Shown in pieces: positions 10,317 through 20,093 of a stretch of DNA of 26,848 nt. Numbering within the stretch: position 1 is the stretch's first letter; every line of letters begins with the position of its first letter. This DNA comes from Ignisphaera sp. (GTDB taxonomy: Archaea > Thermoproteota > Thermoprotei_A > Sulfolobales > Ignisphaeraceae). The DNA is taken from assembly GCA_038821645.1 (NCBI GenBank), contig JAWBDT010000020.1:1-26848 (forward strand). The letters run 5' to 3'. The notes under the pieces were generated by a model, which did no database searches, was not told the origin of the DNA, and was given only the letters and a program-made list of their open reading frames with translations. A program made the translations under genes and the position numbers.

Positions 10317-10415
10317 CATCAACATAACTATGATCAGTAGAGTTATTTAGGAATTTATCAATAACCCAAGATAATGGTTTTCTTACTTATCAATTAAGAG
10401 ATATATATTGTGCAA

Positions 10416-10973
10416 CTATTGTTGAGACTTTATATACTGTATCGAAACATCTATATAGAAAGGTATCACACAGAATATCGATATTAGTTCGGGTATAGCT
10501 GCACCTCTAGGTACTCTATAGACTATATGCAGTATCCATGAAGTTACAGCAATTATTAGAGCTATAGATGCCGAGATCTTCTTGATAATGCTTTTCATTA
10601 GAACTGTATAGTTTATGAGTAGAAAGCCTAGTGTTAAGAAAAAGGCTACCGATACCCAGTAGTGAATAACTCCATAGATTTCATCAAATACTGCTACAAG
10701 AATGAGTGTATATCCACATAAGGTAGCTAAATAAGCTATAGATCTATATAGCTTACTGATTACTAGAAGCGATGATAGTGCTATAAGGAATCCACCTAAA
10801 CTCAATCCAAAGTTAAATATGGGTGCCACAGAGCTTCTTGTGGCATGACCCAGATCACTTAAAGCATTATCGAGTATGTTGAACCATGGTGATAACCATA
10901 TAGAGATAGCTATACAGATAAGAGGGACAAATATGCTAGAGAGGATTAACGTAAAACACATTAATTTCTTCAA
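10416..10973 (-). CDS. DUF998-like integral membrane protein
   Basis: SPWFN..DNALSDLG, FNFGL..GG, LVAVFDE.YG.IH and AIPEL; multiple TM segments; GGTGA SD before TTG. Confidence 0.75.
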   Translation of the reverse strand: MKKLMCFTLILSSIFVPLICIAISIWLSPWFNILDNALSDLGHATRSSVAPIFNFGLSLGGFLIALSSLLVISKLYRSIAYLATLCGYTLILVAVFDEIYGVIHYWVSVAFFLTLGFLLINYTVLMKSIIKKISASIALIIAVTSWILHIVYRVPRGAAIPELISIFCVIPFYIDVSIQYIKSQQ

Positions 10974-11023
10974 CCATTCTCACCTAATCTGCTACATCTC
11001 TATCTATATTTCCTAGAAACTTT

Positions 11024-12457
11024 TTAGCATTTACTGAACACTCTATCTATAACCTCTCTAGATGGTGGTTTTGTAACCAAACTTACTAGAGGCGGTATCA
11101 GTAGTGATAACAGTATTGTTGGTCCAAATGCATAGTAGGTCCATGGGAATTTAAACCCTCCATAAGCACTTACAGCTATAGCTGATGTAAAGCTTGCAAT
11201 CATTGCTATAGTTACAGCTATAGCTGATGTTCTCCTCCAGAATAATCCATATACGATAGGCCCTATAAGTACTCCAGAGAGAATAGATGTTGTAACACCA
11301 AAGAGAACAATTATCATCTGTGGAGGCTGAAGAGCCATAACCGTGGCTGTAAGAGCTATAATTACTGTAACTATTCTGTAGAAGAGGAATTCATTCCTAC
11401 TAGAGAATACCTTTTTTAAACCAACTACATCTCTTAATATATGTGTCATTGTTCCCATAATCGCTGTTAATGTCGACATAGATGCTGATAATACAGCTAA
11501 GAGAAATATTATATCGAATCCTTGTGGAAATATTCTCTGAACAAGATAAGTAAATGCGTATTCAGGATTAGGCACTTCCGATAGTATAGCTCTAGAGGCT
11601 GCTGATGCTAGATTCAGAGATAACGTTAAAGCAACAGTTGTTACTGTCGCAATAACTGTTGCACTTCTAAAAGAAATCCTATCCCTTATGCTTATGAACC
11701 TCATAACTAGTGCAGGATTACCCCATCCAAGAAGGCCCAAGCTTATATATAGTAGAAATAGTGGCACAAAGTCTCTGTAAGGCCATCCAGCAAGTGATGG
11801 ATCTATAGAGCTAAGAGTTTGATGTAGACCAGATAGCCCGTTTGTAGCAATGAGTGAAAGAATGCATATTGCTATAGCCATAAAGAGCATTAGTACTGAT
11901 TGAGCTGCTTGTGTCCAAACCTGACCTAGGTATCCCCCTAAAGCTGTATATACAAGAGTTACAGTTATTGTTGCTATAAGTGCTATTGTATAGCTAACTC
12001 CAGCAACTACTTCAACAGCTCTAGCTACACCAACCATAATCGATATACAGTAAATGAATAAACCAACAAACATAACTGTAGCAGCTGTTAAACCAGCTAA
12101 TCTCGAGCTATATCGCTTCTCTATAAATTCTACAACAGATTTGAATCCCAACCTCCGAGAAAGAATCATGAGCCTTGGTCCTAGGATTATGAAGGCTCCT
12201 AGTGTACCTATCAATACCACAAAAATATCTTTCCATACTATGGGTAGACCGTATTTCCATCCAAGAGCAGTTGCACCTATGAATATAACGGAACTGAAGT
12301 ATGTTGTGAAAAATGATAATGCTGTAACTATTCCTCCTATATTCATACCACCCACATACAGATCATCAACAGACTTTATCTTGGTCATAGCTATAAGTCC
12401 TATTAATGTCATGATGGCTAGATATACTGCTATTGCGATTATTGTGATAAGCATCAT
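11024..12457 (-). CDS. Sodium:solute symporter (SSS; PutP/PanF-like)
   Basis: ALSFFTTYFSSVIFIG, EFIEKRYSS, YTALGG...VWT, P.LVMRF, AVLSASMST and GLFWRR; many TM helices. Confidence 0.92.
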   Translation of the reverse strand: MMLITIIAIAVYLAIMTLIGLIAMTKIKSVDDLYVGGMNIGGIVTALSFFTTYFSSVIFIGATALGWKYGLPIVWKDIFVVLIGTLGAFIILGPRLMILSRRLGFKSVVEFIEKRYSSRLAGLTAATVMFVGLFIYCISIMVGVARAVEVVAGVSYTIALIATITVTLVYTALGGYLGQVWTQAAQSVLMLFMAIAICILSLIATNGLSGLHQTLSSIDPSLAGWPYRDFVPLFLLYISLGLLGWGNPALVMRFISIRDRISFRSATVIATVTTVALTLSLNLASAASRAILSEVPNPEYAFTYLVQRIFPQGFDIIFLLAVLSASMSTLTAIMGTMTHILRDVVGLKKVFSSRNEFLFYRIVTVIIALTATVMALQPPQMIIVLFGVTTSILSGVLIGPIVYGLFWRRTSAIAVTIAMIASFTSAIAVSAYGGFKFPWTYYAFGPTILLSLLIPPLVSLVTKPPSREVIDRVFSKC

Positions 12458-12589
12458 CTATTTTTCACCACAGTTATATGGTTCAACAGATTTTTTATTA
12501 CTAGTAAAATAGTATAGAATTGATATAACTAGAGCTATAATGTATAGAGCTATAGCTAATACTATATCCCACGATACAATAAGTATCAC
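12458..12589 (-). CDS. Small single-TM protein, probable symporter accessory subunit; not in the ORF track
   Basis: Manual translation MILIVSWDIVLAIALYIIALVISILYYFTSNKKSVEPYNCGEK*. Its TAG (12460-12458) abuts the symporter ATG (12457). Start codon uncertain. Confidence 0.65.
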   Translation of the reverse strand: MILIVSWDIVLAIALYIIALVISILYYFTSNKKSVEPYNCGEK

Positions 12590-12853
12590 CAAGATACTTA
12601 GACACAAAATTGACCTAGTATAAAAGCTTTGATCACCTTAATAACGTATAAACAACTTAATAATATATAAAACGGTACCAAAATGAAGACCACTATTGAT
12701 GTTAATAGATGTGAATTTGATTATATTATAACAATAGAATTATGTTCAGTATAGTCATATTATAAAAGATATTTATAGTAGACCTAAGTATACCTATAGA
12801 TAGAGTATTCAGAATATGAATATATATATAGTTGAATATGTGGTGCATACCCA

Positions 12854-14404
12854 TTGGTTAAGGTAGTATTAACAGCTCCTGCATCAGAAATGAGTGAATA
12901 TAACGGTAATCCTGCTATAGCTTTTGTATCAGGTTTCTCAAAACCGTTTCTAGTACCTAGATTCTTTCTTACCCAAAATCTCTATAGATATAATGGAGAT
13001 GATTATAGAGCTCGTTATGCCCCTCTTGGCTTAAGAAGAATTGAGGCATCACTTATAGAGTCCGGTATATTTAGAGAAGATGATGTTGCTATAGTTCATC
13101 CAGATAATCTTGAAGATGTTGTTAATGAAGATACAAAGGTTATAGGTATAGGGGTTAAAGATCCTCTTGGACTAGGCTATGTTTCTCTAACATATTCAAC
13201 GCTTTTGGGGTTAGGTGAACCAATAAATAAGTACGAATTTATGCAGATAATCAAGATAGTTAAGAAGTTGAAGAAAAAATTTGAGTTTAATGTAGTTGTC
13301 GGAGGTCCTGGTGTATGGCAACTCTATATGTATAGCGATCTAGATGCTCTGGGAATAGATGTTGTTATCGATGGTGAAGGAGAAGTTATAGCTCCAGAAG
13401 TCTTTTCAAAGGTTGTCAATAGAGAACCTGTTGAACGTATCGTTAAAGGTGATGTAGTTCCTGTTGATCATATACCGTGTATAAAGGGAGCTTCAGTATA
13501 TGGAGCTGTTGAAATATCTAGAGGATGTGGTCGTGGATGTATGTTTTGTACACCGACTATGCAGATGAGGAGAGATATTCCTCTAGAGAAGATTGTAAGA
13601 GATATAGAGGTTAATATAGAGAATGGTCAAAATAAGGTTCTACTTGTTACTGAAGACATATTTCTCTATGGATCTAGAATTCCGTGGGAACCAAATGGTG
13701 ATGCTATAGCCAAACTTATAGAGAATGTCACTAAGTTTAAGGATAGAGGATTAAAACACATCCAGATAACACATATGAATCTAGCAGCAGCTCTCTATAG
13801 AAGAGATATAGTTAAATTGATGTCGGATAGACTCTATGAGTTTGCTTGGTACAGTTTTCGTGGAAACTACATAAATACTGTTGAAGTTGGCATAGAGTCA
13901 GGTTCGCCTAGAATTATTGCTAGATATATGCGTGGAAAAGCTCTTCCCTATACTCCTGAAGAATGGCCAGATATAGTTTTAGAATCTCTTACTCTCCTTG
14001 AAGAAAATGGATGGATACCTCTAGGAACAATCATAGTCGGTATGCCGGGTGAGGATATAGATGATGCATACAGAACACTCTCTCTTGTAGAAAACATACG
14101 TAGACAAGGTTTAAGAACATTCCTTGTACCACTACTCTTTGTACCTCTCGGTGGATGTGTATTAAAGGATCAACCAATTAAAAGCTTTAATGAGTTAAAT
14201 GATGTACAGATAGCTGTTTTTGCTGAATGCTGGAAACACAACATCAAGATATGGGGTTTAGAGCACTTTAAGAACTATAGCTACCTACAGAAGAAAGTTC
14301 TAAAGATAATAGCCAAGATATATCTCACAACTACTGCAAGAAAGTATCACTGGAGAAAAAAGATTGCTACAGAAATATATAAAGAGCTTGTAAGCCAAAT
14401 ATAG
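12854..14404 (+). CDS. B12-binding-domain radical SAM protein
   Basis: APLGLRRIEA, VVVGGPG, GEGE, EISRGCGRGCMFC (CxxxCxxC), GIESGS and IVGMPGE; GGTG SD 8 nt before TTG. Confidence 0.9.
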   Translation: MVKVVLTAPASEMSEYNGNPAIAFVSGFSKPFLVPRFFLTQNLYRYNGDDYRARYAPLGLRRIEASLIESGIFREDDVAIVHPDNLEDVVNEDTKVIGIGVKDPLGLGYVSLTYSTLLGLGEPINKYEFMQIIKIVKKLKKKFEFNVVVGGPGVWQLYMYSDLDALGIDVVIDGEGEVIAPEVFSKVVNREPVERIVKGDVVPVDHIPCIKGASVYGAVEISRGCGRGCMFCTPTMQMRRDIPLEKIVRDIEVNIENGQNKVLLVTEDIFLYGSRIPWEPNGDAIAKLIENVTKFKDRGLKHIQITHMNLAAALYRRDIVKLMSDRLYEFAWYSFRGNYINTVEVGIESGSPRIIARYMRGKALPYTPEEWPDIVLESLTLLEENGWIPLGTIIVGMPGEDIDDAYRTLSLVENIRRQGLRTFLVPLLFVPLGGCVLKDQPIKSFNELNDVQIAVFAECWKHNIKIWGLEHFKNYSYLQKKVLKIIAKIYLTTTARKYHWRKKIATEIYKELVSQI

Positions 14405-14434
14405 AGTGTCTATAATTTAGATATGTGGTGATAT

Positions 14435-14740
14435 ATGGAGACTCTAGATGATATACATAAGTATCTAGAAGAACCTTTTCTAAAAGGTTTACTTAGAATC
14501 TTAATTCTAGGTACACTTAAACGTGGTGAACTCTATGGATACCAAATATACAAGTACGTGAAAAACATTATCAAGTCTAAGATCAGTTTAAGTACGTTCT
14601 ATACTGTACTTAAAGAACTTGAAGAAGCGAAATTTATAATCAAGATCGGAAGCAAGTATATATTGACTGAGAAAGGATTAAATGCTCTTAGATTATTTCT
14701 ATCGAAATATAATGATCTAAGGTCGTTTCTATCAATATAG
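14435..14740 (+). CDS. PadR-family winged-helix transcriptional regulator
   Basis: KGLLRILIL..L, LYGYQI, STFYTVLKELE and YILTEKG; 30 bp downstream of the radical SAM gene. Confidence 0.88.
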   Translation: METLDDIHKYLEEPFLKGLLRILILGTLKRGELYGYQIYKYVKNIIKSKISLSTFYTVLKELEEAKFIIKIGSKYILTEKGLNALRLFLSKYNDLRSFLSI

Positions 14741-14792
14741 GCATCAATGCTGTAATAAATCACGAAATACGTTAATGTATAGTGGTCCTCAG

Positions 14793-16325
14793 TTACCTAT
14801 AGACATTATTTATATAGATCCAGAGAATCGATAGGATTATCTGTACAGTTGTTGTTATTAAGGCTATTTTGAGCCACTTCCTCCACGATATACGAATCTT
14901 CTTCTTTTCAGCAAGAGATAGAGCTACTATGTTTGCTGTAGAACCTATTGGTGTATAGTTTCCTCCAAAAACTCCACCAAAGAGAAGCGCGAAATATATT
15001 AACTGATCTGTTAAACCAGATTTATTAAATAGTATAGCCATAGGTGTAAATGCTACAACTACTGATAGATTATCGAGTAGTGCGCTAAGTATTGTTGAAG
15101 AAATTGTTACCACTATCTCCAATACTACTGCAGTTGTTATAGATATAGTTGTCAAAATGTATGCCATCTTTATTATAGCGCCTGTAGAGAGAAGAGCATG
15201 ACCCAACATAAACAACATAATGAAGAACACTATAGAAGACCATTCAACTGTTTTATGAATAATTATGCCTATCTCTTCAGGTGGTACCACAACCATCATA
15301 CTTAAGACTATGTACATATACGGTATAAATGACAGAAAACTATGAGGAGATATATCTATCTGTAGTATCGATGAAAGAATATGGACAATAGCATCATTAA
15401 TCGATACAGTTAAGACAAATATTGTTAAAAACAATAATCCTAGGTATATTCTTTTTGCTTTAGCATTATATACTTCGGTATAGAAGCTCGATATATAGGC
15501 TTCAATACTTTTCTTATAATTCTCTAACAATGTTTGGCATCTCCTTAGGTACCTATTGGCTATAGTTATATAGAGTCCATAAAGAGCTAATATATTAATT
15601 AAAGCAAGAGGTAATGAGTATCTGATAAATGTGGATATAGACATACCTGCTGCAAAAAGCAGATATACACCTATAGGATTACCTATGGGTAAAGCAACAC
15701 TACCAGTATTTGTTGCTAAAACAGATAGTATTATCAAGGGTTCGATCTCTATCTTCAGTACACGTTTAAGTTCAATTATAAGTGCAACCACATATATAAT
15801 GCTTGTAACTTCACCAACGATAGCTGATAACACAAAAGAAACTATTGTTATAAATGCTGTGAGTATATATGCATTGAATCTAGAGAGCCTTAGAATCTGT
15901 ATAGCTAGATACCTAAATACACCAAGTTCTCTCAGTATCCCTGCAAACGCCATTGAACCTACTAGAAACAGTATCAAGTCCCATGAAACAGACTCTATGA
16001 AGGTTTTAGGATTAACAATACCCATCAATATCATAATCACTACACCGAGAATGGCTGCAGCCACACGCCATTCAGTATGCATAACTATTATCGCTACAAC
16101 CAACATGAATATAGAGAGCGATAGACTTTGAATAAATATATAGTGATCTGAATTAAGTAGAGAAACACAGTAAGAAGAATTCAAAGATAGACCAATCTCA
16201 CTACACCAAAATCCAGCTATATTAAGCCCAATATCATCACTTTGTATAACTATAGACTTCATAATGATATATGATGATATTACAAATACTATAAATAGTA
16301 GAACAATCTTTACAACCCCTCTCAC
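14793..16325 (-). CDS. ArsB/NhaD/SLC13-type (IT superfamily) transporter
   Basis: VSWDLILFLVGSM, ATNTGSVALPIGNP, VEWSSIVFF, LSALLDN and GGNYTPIGSTANIV. Confidence 0.9.
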   Translation of the reverse strand: MRGVVKIVLLFIVFVISSYIIMKSIVIQSDDIGLNIAGFWCSEIGLSLNSSYCVSLLNSDHYIFIQSLSLSIFMLVVAIIVMHTEWRVAAAILGVVIMILMGIVNPKTFIESVSWDLILFLVGSMAFAGILRELGVFRYLAIQILRLSRFNAYILTAFITIVSFVLSAIVGEVTSIIYVVALIIELKRVLKIEIEPLIILSVLATNTGSVALPIGNPIGVYLLFAAGMSISTFIRYSLPLALINILALYGLYITIANRYLRRCQTLLENYKKSIEAYISSFYTEVYNAKAKRIYLGLLFLTIFVLTVSINDAIVHILSSILQIDISPHSFLSFIPYMYIVLSMMVVVPPEEIGIIIHKTVEWSSIVFFIMLFMLGHALLSTGAIIKMAYILTTISITTAVVLEIVVTISSTILSALLDNLSVVVAFTPMAILFNKSGLTDQLIYFALLFGGVFGGNYTPIGSTANIVALSLAEKKKIRISWRKWLKIALITTTVQIILSILWIYINNVYR

Positions 16326-16599
16326 TTACAACACCTATATACATCACTATGATTCAGCATCTCATAAGTTATGTTCAGTTCCAGTTGTACATTTATTATA
16401 TAAATATTTTGTATATGATGAGTTTATAGAGTATGATCAATAAACAATAAGTATCAAAATATCCTCTACCATATTTCTCTCTATAGATCCTCTATAGCTT
16501 ATTAAAAATAATTTAATACTCTTCGTAATTCTATGTCATATCCATATGCCGATGAATCTATGGTTTAAATGACTGGCCTTCAGACCTAGGGTTAACAAG

Positions 16600-16689
16600 A
16601 TTTATCTAGCTCTAAGACTTTGTGGACATAGTATGATGGTAGTACCATCTATATGTGCTATATTGCATCATCTTTAGCTCTAGATAAAT
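16600..16689. repeat. Nested imperfect inverted repeat (about 90-bp hairpin)
   Basis: ATTTATCTAG (16600-16609) pairs with CTAGATAAAT (16680-16689). Central GATGGTA-G-TACCATC (16635-16649) is extended by ACATA/TATGT. Confidence 0.55.
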
Positions 16690-16779
16690 AATGATACCGC
16701 TATATCTGCTCCGATTTCTAGGTAGTGTAGTAAAAAGCTGAGTAAATATCTGTATAGATCGTGAATATGTGGAATACAG

Positions 16780-17904
16780 TTAGTATGTATATATGATTTT
16801 TTTAATTAGATCTAGTACTTTTACTTGGTCCCCTGTATCTCTTGTTTTTTCCAATACATCTCTATGCCTATATATCTCTAGAGCTTTCTTCATAGAATTT
16901 GCGAAGAATTCCTTAGATAATCTTAGACCATCTACTGGATCCATTCTGTATGTGAATTGATCCAGTATATAGGGGCCATCAAAACCTGTATCTATTGTTG
17001 CATAAAGAAAGTCCACAAATTGCCATAGATCTCCTGTTCCAACAACTCTATCTTCATCATTGCTATGTGTTTTAGCTGTATTTATGTGTATCGATAGCAA
17101 AGGTACATCAAATAGTTTAGCTAGATACACAGTATATGCCGGTTCTACAGCATACATAAGCTCATGTCCATAATCAATAGTTATCCCAACGACACTCTTT
17201 CCAAGCTCGTCATTTATCTTCTTAGCTATAGCTATAGCTACATGTGTTGTAGGTATGATTATGTTTCCTTCTTTAGGCTCTTTTAATTTAGCCTCAATAC
17301 AAAACCTAAACCCTTTAGCCATAGCCTCTTCTACAACAAGCTTCAGATTATCGATAAACATTTTGAGCATTTTGCCATAGTTAATCTCGAAACTATAGTC
17401 CCAACCATCTTGTCCAGGCCAAAACGATATAACATCTGTACCAAGTTTTTTAGCTATTTCTATGCTGTTGAGTAGAATTGATATTGACTTCTTTCTTAAT
17501 AATGGATCTGGATTAGTTATAGAGCCTAATCTGAATTTCGGGATACCACTTAAATCTACTGCAAGAGCTACAGCCATCATATTATATTTCTTTGTGTATT
17601 CAACAACTGCATCAACTGTTTCCCATCTAACTTCTAGATCCTCGTTAAGTAGTTCCACATTTATGGGAACAAACATCTTTATACCTGCTATCCTTATTCT
17701 CTCTAGCCTTGATATTATATCGGATCCTAGATCAGGAAAATATCCTCTAACCATAAATCTATCGCTAAAACCTCCAGCCGCCCATGTGCCGCTTCCAAAC
17801 CTTATATCGAATGTTTCTAAAAATCTATCCACAGTCTCTCCTTCAAGAAAGCCTTTAAATTCATCAAGTCTATTTAGAATATCCAATTTAACTATGGTAC
17901 ACAC
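16780..17904 (-). CDS. Xylose-isomerase-family sugar isomerase, closest by motifs to the D-apiose isomerase (ApsI) subfamily
   Basis: RFGSGTW...SDRF..RGY, GSITNPDP, FWPGQDGWDY, IEAKLKEP, IDYGH, HIN...NDEDRVVGT and LDQFTYR. TATA-like TTTATATA at 17940-17933. Confidence 0.85.
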   Translation of the reverse strand: MCTIVKLDILNRLDEFKGFLEGETVDRFLETFDIRFGSGTWAAGGFSDRFMVRGYFPDLGSDIISRLERIRIAGIKMFVPINVELLNEDLEVRWETVDAVVEYTKKYNMMAVALAVDLSGIPKFRLGSITNPDPLLRKKSISILLNSIEIAKKLGTDVISFWPGQDGWDYSFEINYGKMLKMFIDNLKLVVEEAMAKGFRFCIEAKLKEPKEGNIIIPTTHVAIAIAKKINDELGKSVVGITIDYGHELMYAVEPAYTVYLAKLFDVPLLSIHINTAKTHSNDEDRVVGTGDLWQFVDFLYATIDTGFDGPYILDQFTYRMDPVDGLRLSKEFFANSMKKALEIYRHRDVLEKTRDTGDQVKVLDLIKKIIYTY

Positions 17905-18064
17905 CCCTATTCGTCAACATGTAGACCACTAATATATAAATCTTATTGATTTATTTAACAATTTTCCTAACATTAATTTTCATAAATAGTTCTTCCTCAA
18001 TACAATTCATCAAGGCCTAGTACTCAACACTAGATTTGTGATGTTTTCCAAAGATATGATGATT

Positions 18065-18934
18065 TTAAGTATCTGCATCTGGTGAATAACTTATCGCTAT
18101 ATAGGATGCTAAAACAATCATTATTCCTCCAGCTATTCTAACAATATCTACTTCTTCACCATATAGAGATATAGAGAACAATAATGCAAAGAAAGGCTCA
18201 AGAAGATAGATTACTGAAGCTATAGCTGGAGCTACATACCTTTGTCCAATAATCTGTAGTAATGAAGCCACTATAGAACACACTATAGCTAGATAGATTA
18301 TGTACATCCATGAATTTAGCACTATATTCATCGGATTATCGTATAGAATTGTCCAAGGAGCTATGACGAGTGAAGGTATAAACATTCCATAGAGGAAGTC
18401 AATATAATTCTTACTATGTCTACTGTATTTCGATACAAGAAGTATCTGGATAGCCCAAGCTATAGATCCAAAGAAGACCAGTATCTCACCTAAACCAATA
18501 CCACCGCTAGGTGACGTGACTATGAATAGACCGATGAGTGAAAGCACAAGTGCTGCTAGAAGATATCGATTATAGGCTCTCTTCACGAAAGCACAATATG
18601 TATGTATATGAACTGTATTTAAACCTGTAATAAAAGCACTAGTTGATGGTAATGTATACCTTGTTCCAAGACCTTGAAGAAGAAGACCAAACATATACGC
18701 TACACCAGTAACAATACCTCCTATAAAATCTCTATAGCTGAAGGTATTCCTCATCTTTTTAAACAATATCACAGGCGTAAGCATCGCTACAGCAAAAAAA
18801 GATCTATAGAAGGTGTAGCCAAATGCTGAAACATTTTCTACAGAAAGTTTTATGAAAACAAAGGAACTGCCCCATAAAATAGTCGCAATTATGAGCATTG
18901 TATAGCCATACAAGATTCTAGACTTCATTACCAT
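18065..18934 (-). CDS. DMT/EamA-family transporter
   Basis: ILWGSSFVFIK, GLLLQGLGTRYT..STSAFITGL and ASVIYLLEPFFA; two EamA repeats. Confidence 0.9.
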   Translation of the reverse strand: MVMKSRILYGYTMLIIATILWGSSFVFIKLSVENVSAFGYTFYRSFFAVAMLTPVILFKKMRNTFSYRDFIGGIVTGVAYMFGLLLQGLGTRYTLPSTSAFITGLNTVHIHTYCAFVKRAYNRYLLAALVLSLIGLFIVTSPSGGIGLGEILVFFGSIAWAIQILLVSKYSRHSKNYIDFLYGMFIPSLVIAPWTILYDNPMNIVLNSWMYIIYLAIVCSIVASLLQIIGQRYVAPAIASVIYLLEPFFALLFSISLYGEEVDIVRIAGGIMIVLASYIAISYSPDADT

Positions 18935-19167
18935 ACAGATCCATTTATCTCATCATTATTGTTGTCTAAAAATATTTTCATTATGTTCAATGAAATTTAA
19001 ATTGACTTGAAGCTATATCAACCATTCAACTTTATTATATTTTATACTCATTACCTCTCTGTACTTAGCTAGATTACATTATTATAATAATAGAGAATGT
19101 CTACTAAATCATGTATATATATTTAAAAATCTGGTGCAAGAGCTAAGCATAACTAAATAGATCTTGT

Positions 19168-19896
19168 ATGGGTTATACAATGTCTACAGATATTTCGCAA
19201 GCAAAACGCAAAGCTGTTGAAGAGGCCATGAAAATTTTGCTAAGTTTTAAGAGAGAGGTAATAGGTATTGGAACAGGATCTACAGTTGATATGTTTATAG
19301 ATCTTATGTCGTCATTTAGTCATCTCTTTATTGAGTCATACTTTGTATGTGCCTCTGTATATACATGTAGAAGACTCTCTGAAAATGGATTCAATGTTCT
19401 AGATATATCTAATGTTGATGCCATAGATGTGTATGTCGATGGAGCTGATGAGGTTGATCCAGAACTTAACATGATTAAAGGTGGAGGAGGTGCTCTAACG
19501 CTTGAGAAAATTATAGCTTCTGCTGCTAAAATTAAGATATATGTTGTAGATTACACTAAGCTTGTGAAAAATCTTGGAGAAAAACATCCGATACCCATAG
19601 AAGTTATTCCACATGCTCTATCCATAGTTTATCGAAAGTTAAAGGAAATGGGTCTAAATCCATCTATAAGAAGCTCTAGAGAAGGTAAATACGGATTTGT
19701 GGTAGCAGATACTGGAGGAATAATAATCGATATATATCCAAAAACAAGAATTGATCCACAATCACTTAACATAAAACTAAAGAGTTTGCCAGGAGTTATA
19801 GAGACAGGTATCTTTACGAAAGATCTTGTGGATATAGTTATAGTTGGATATCAAGATATAGTGACAATATCAAGAAAGTTTATCTCTGACTACTAA
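19168..19896 (+). CDS. rpiA: Ribose-5-phosphate isomerase A
   Basis: IGIGTGSTV, YVDGADEVD, MIKGGGGALTLEKI, PIEVIP and PGVIETGIF. Start may be the ATG at 19180. Confidence 0.96.
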   Translation: MGYTMSTDISQAKRKAVEEAMKILLSFKREVIGIGTGSTVDMFIDLMSSFSHLFIESYFVCASVYTCRRLSENGFNVLDISNVDAIDVYVDGADEVDPELNMIKGGGGALTLEKIIASAAKIKIYVVDYTKLVKNLGEKHPIPIEVIPHALSIVYRKLKEMGLNPSIRSSREGKYGFVVADTGGIIIDIYPKTRIDPQSLNIKLKSLPGVIETGIFTKDLVDIVIVGYQDIVTISRKFISDY

Positions 19897-20093
19897 TGTT
19901 AGACTTAAACGTAGCTAGATACTTGATTAGATATAAACAATCAATATATCGTTATAAGTATCAACTAGTGATGGATCTAGATATGCAGTATTTATTGACA
20001 TACTATCAATTCTAAAGCAAGAACCTTAAACATAATATCCTGCTATTGAATAGAGTACAATTATTTCAACTTGATCTAATTATTTGGATCGAG

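Noticed and set aside
12461-12487. EPYNCGE resembling the NuoA PYECG loop
   Set aside because: The CGE codons coincide with the symporter SD, the protein has one TM helix, and no complex I genes are nearby.
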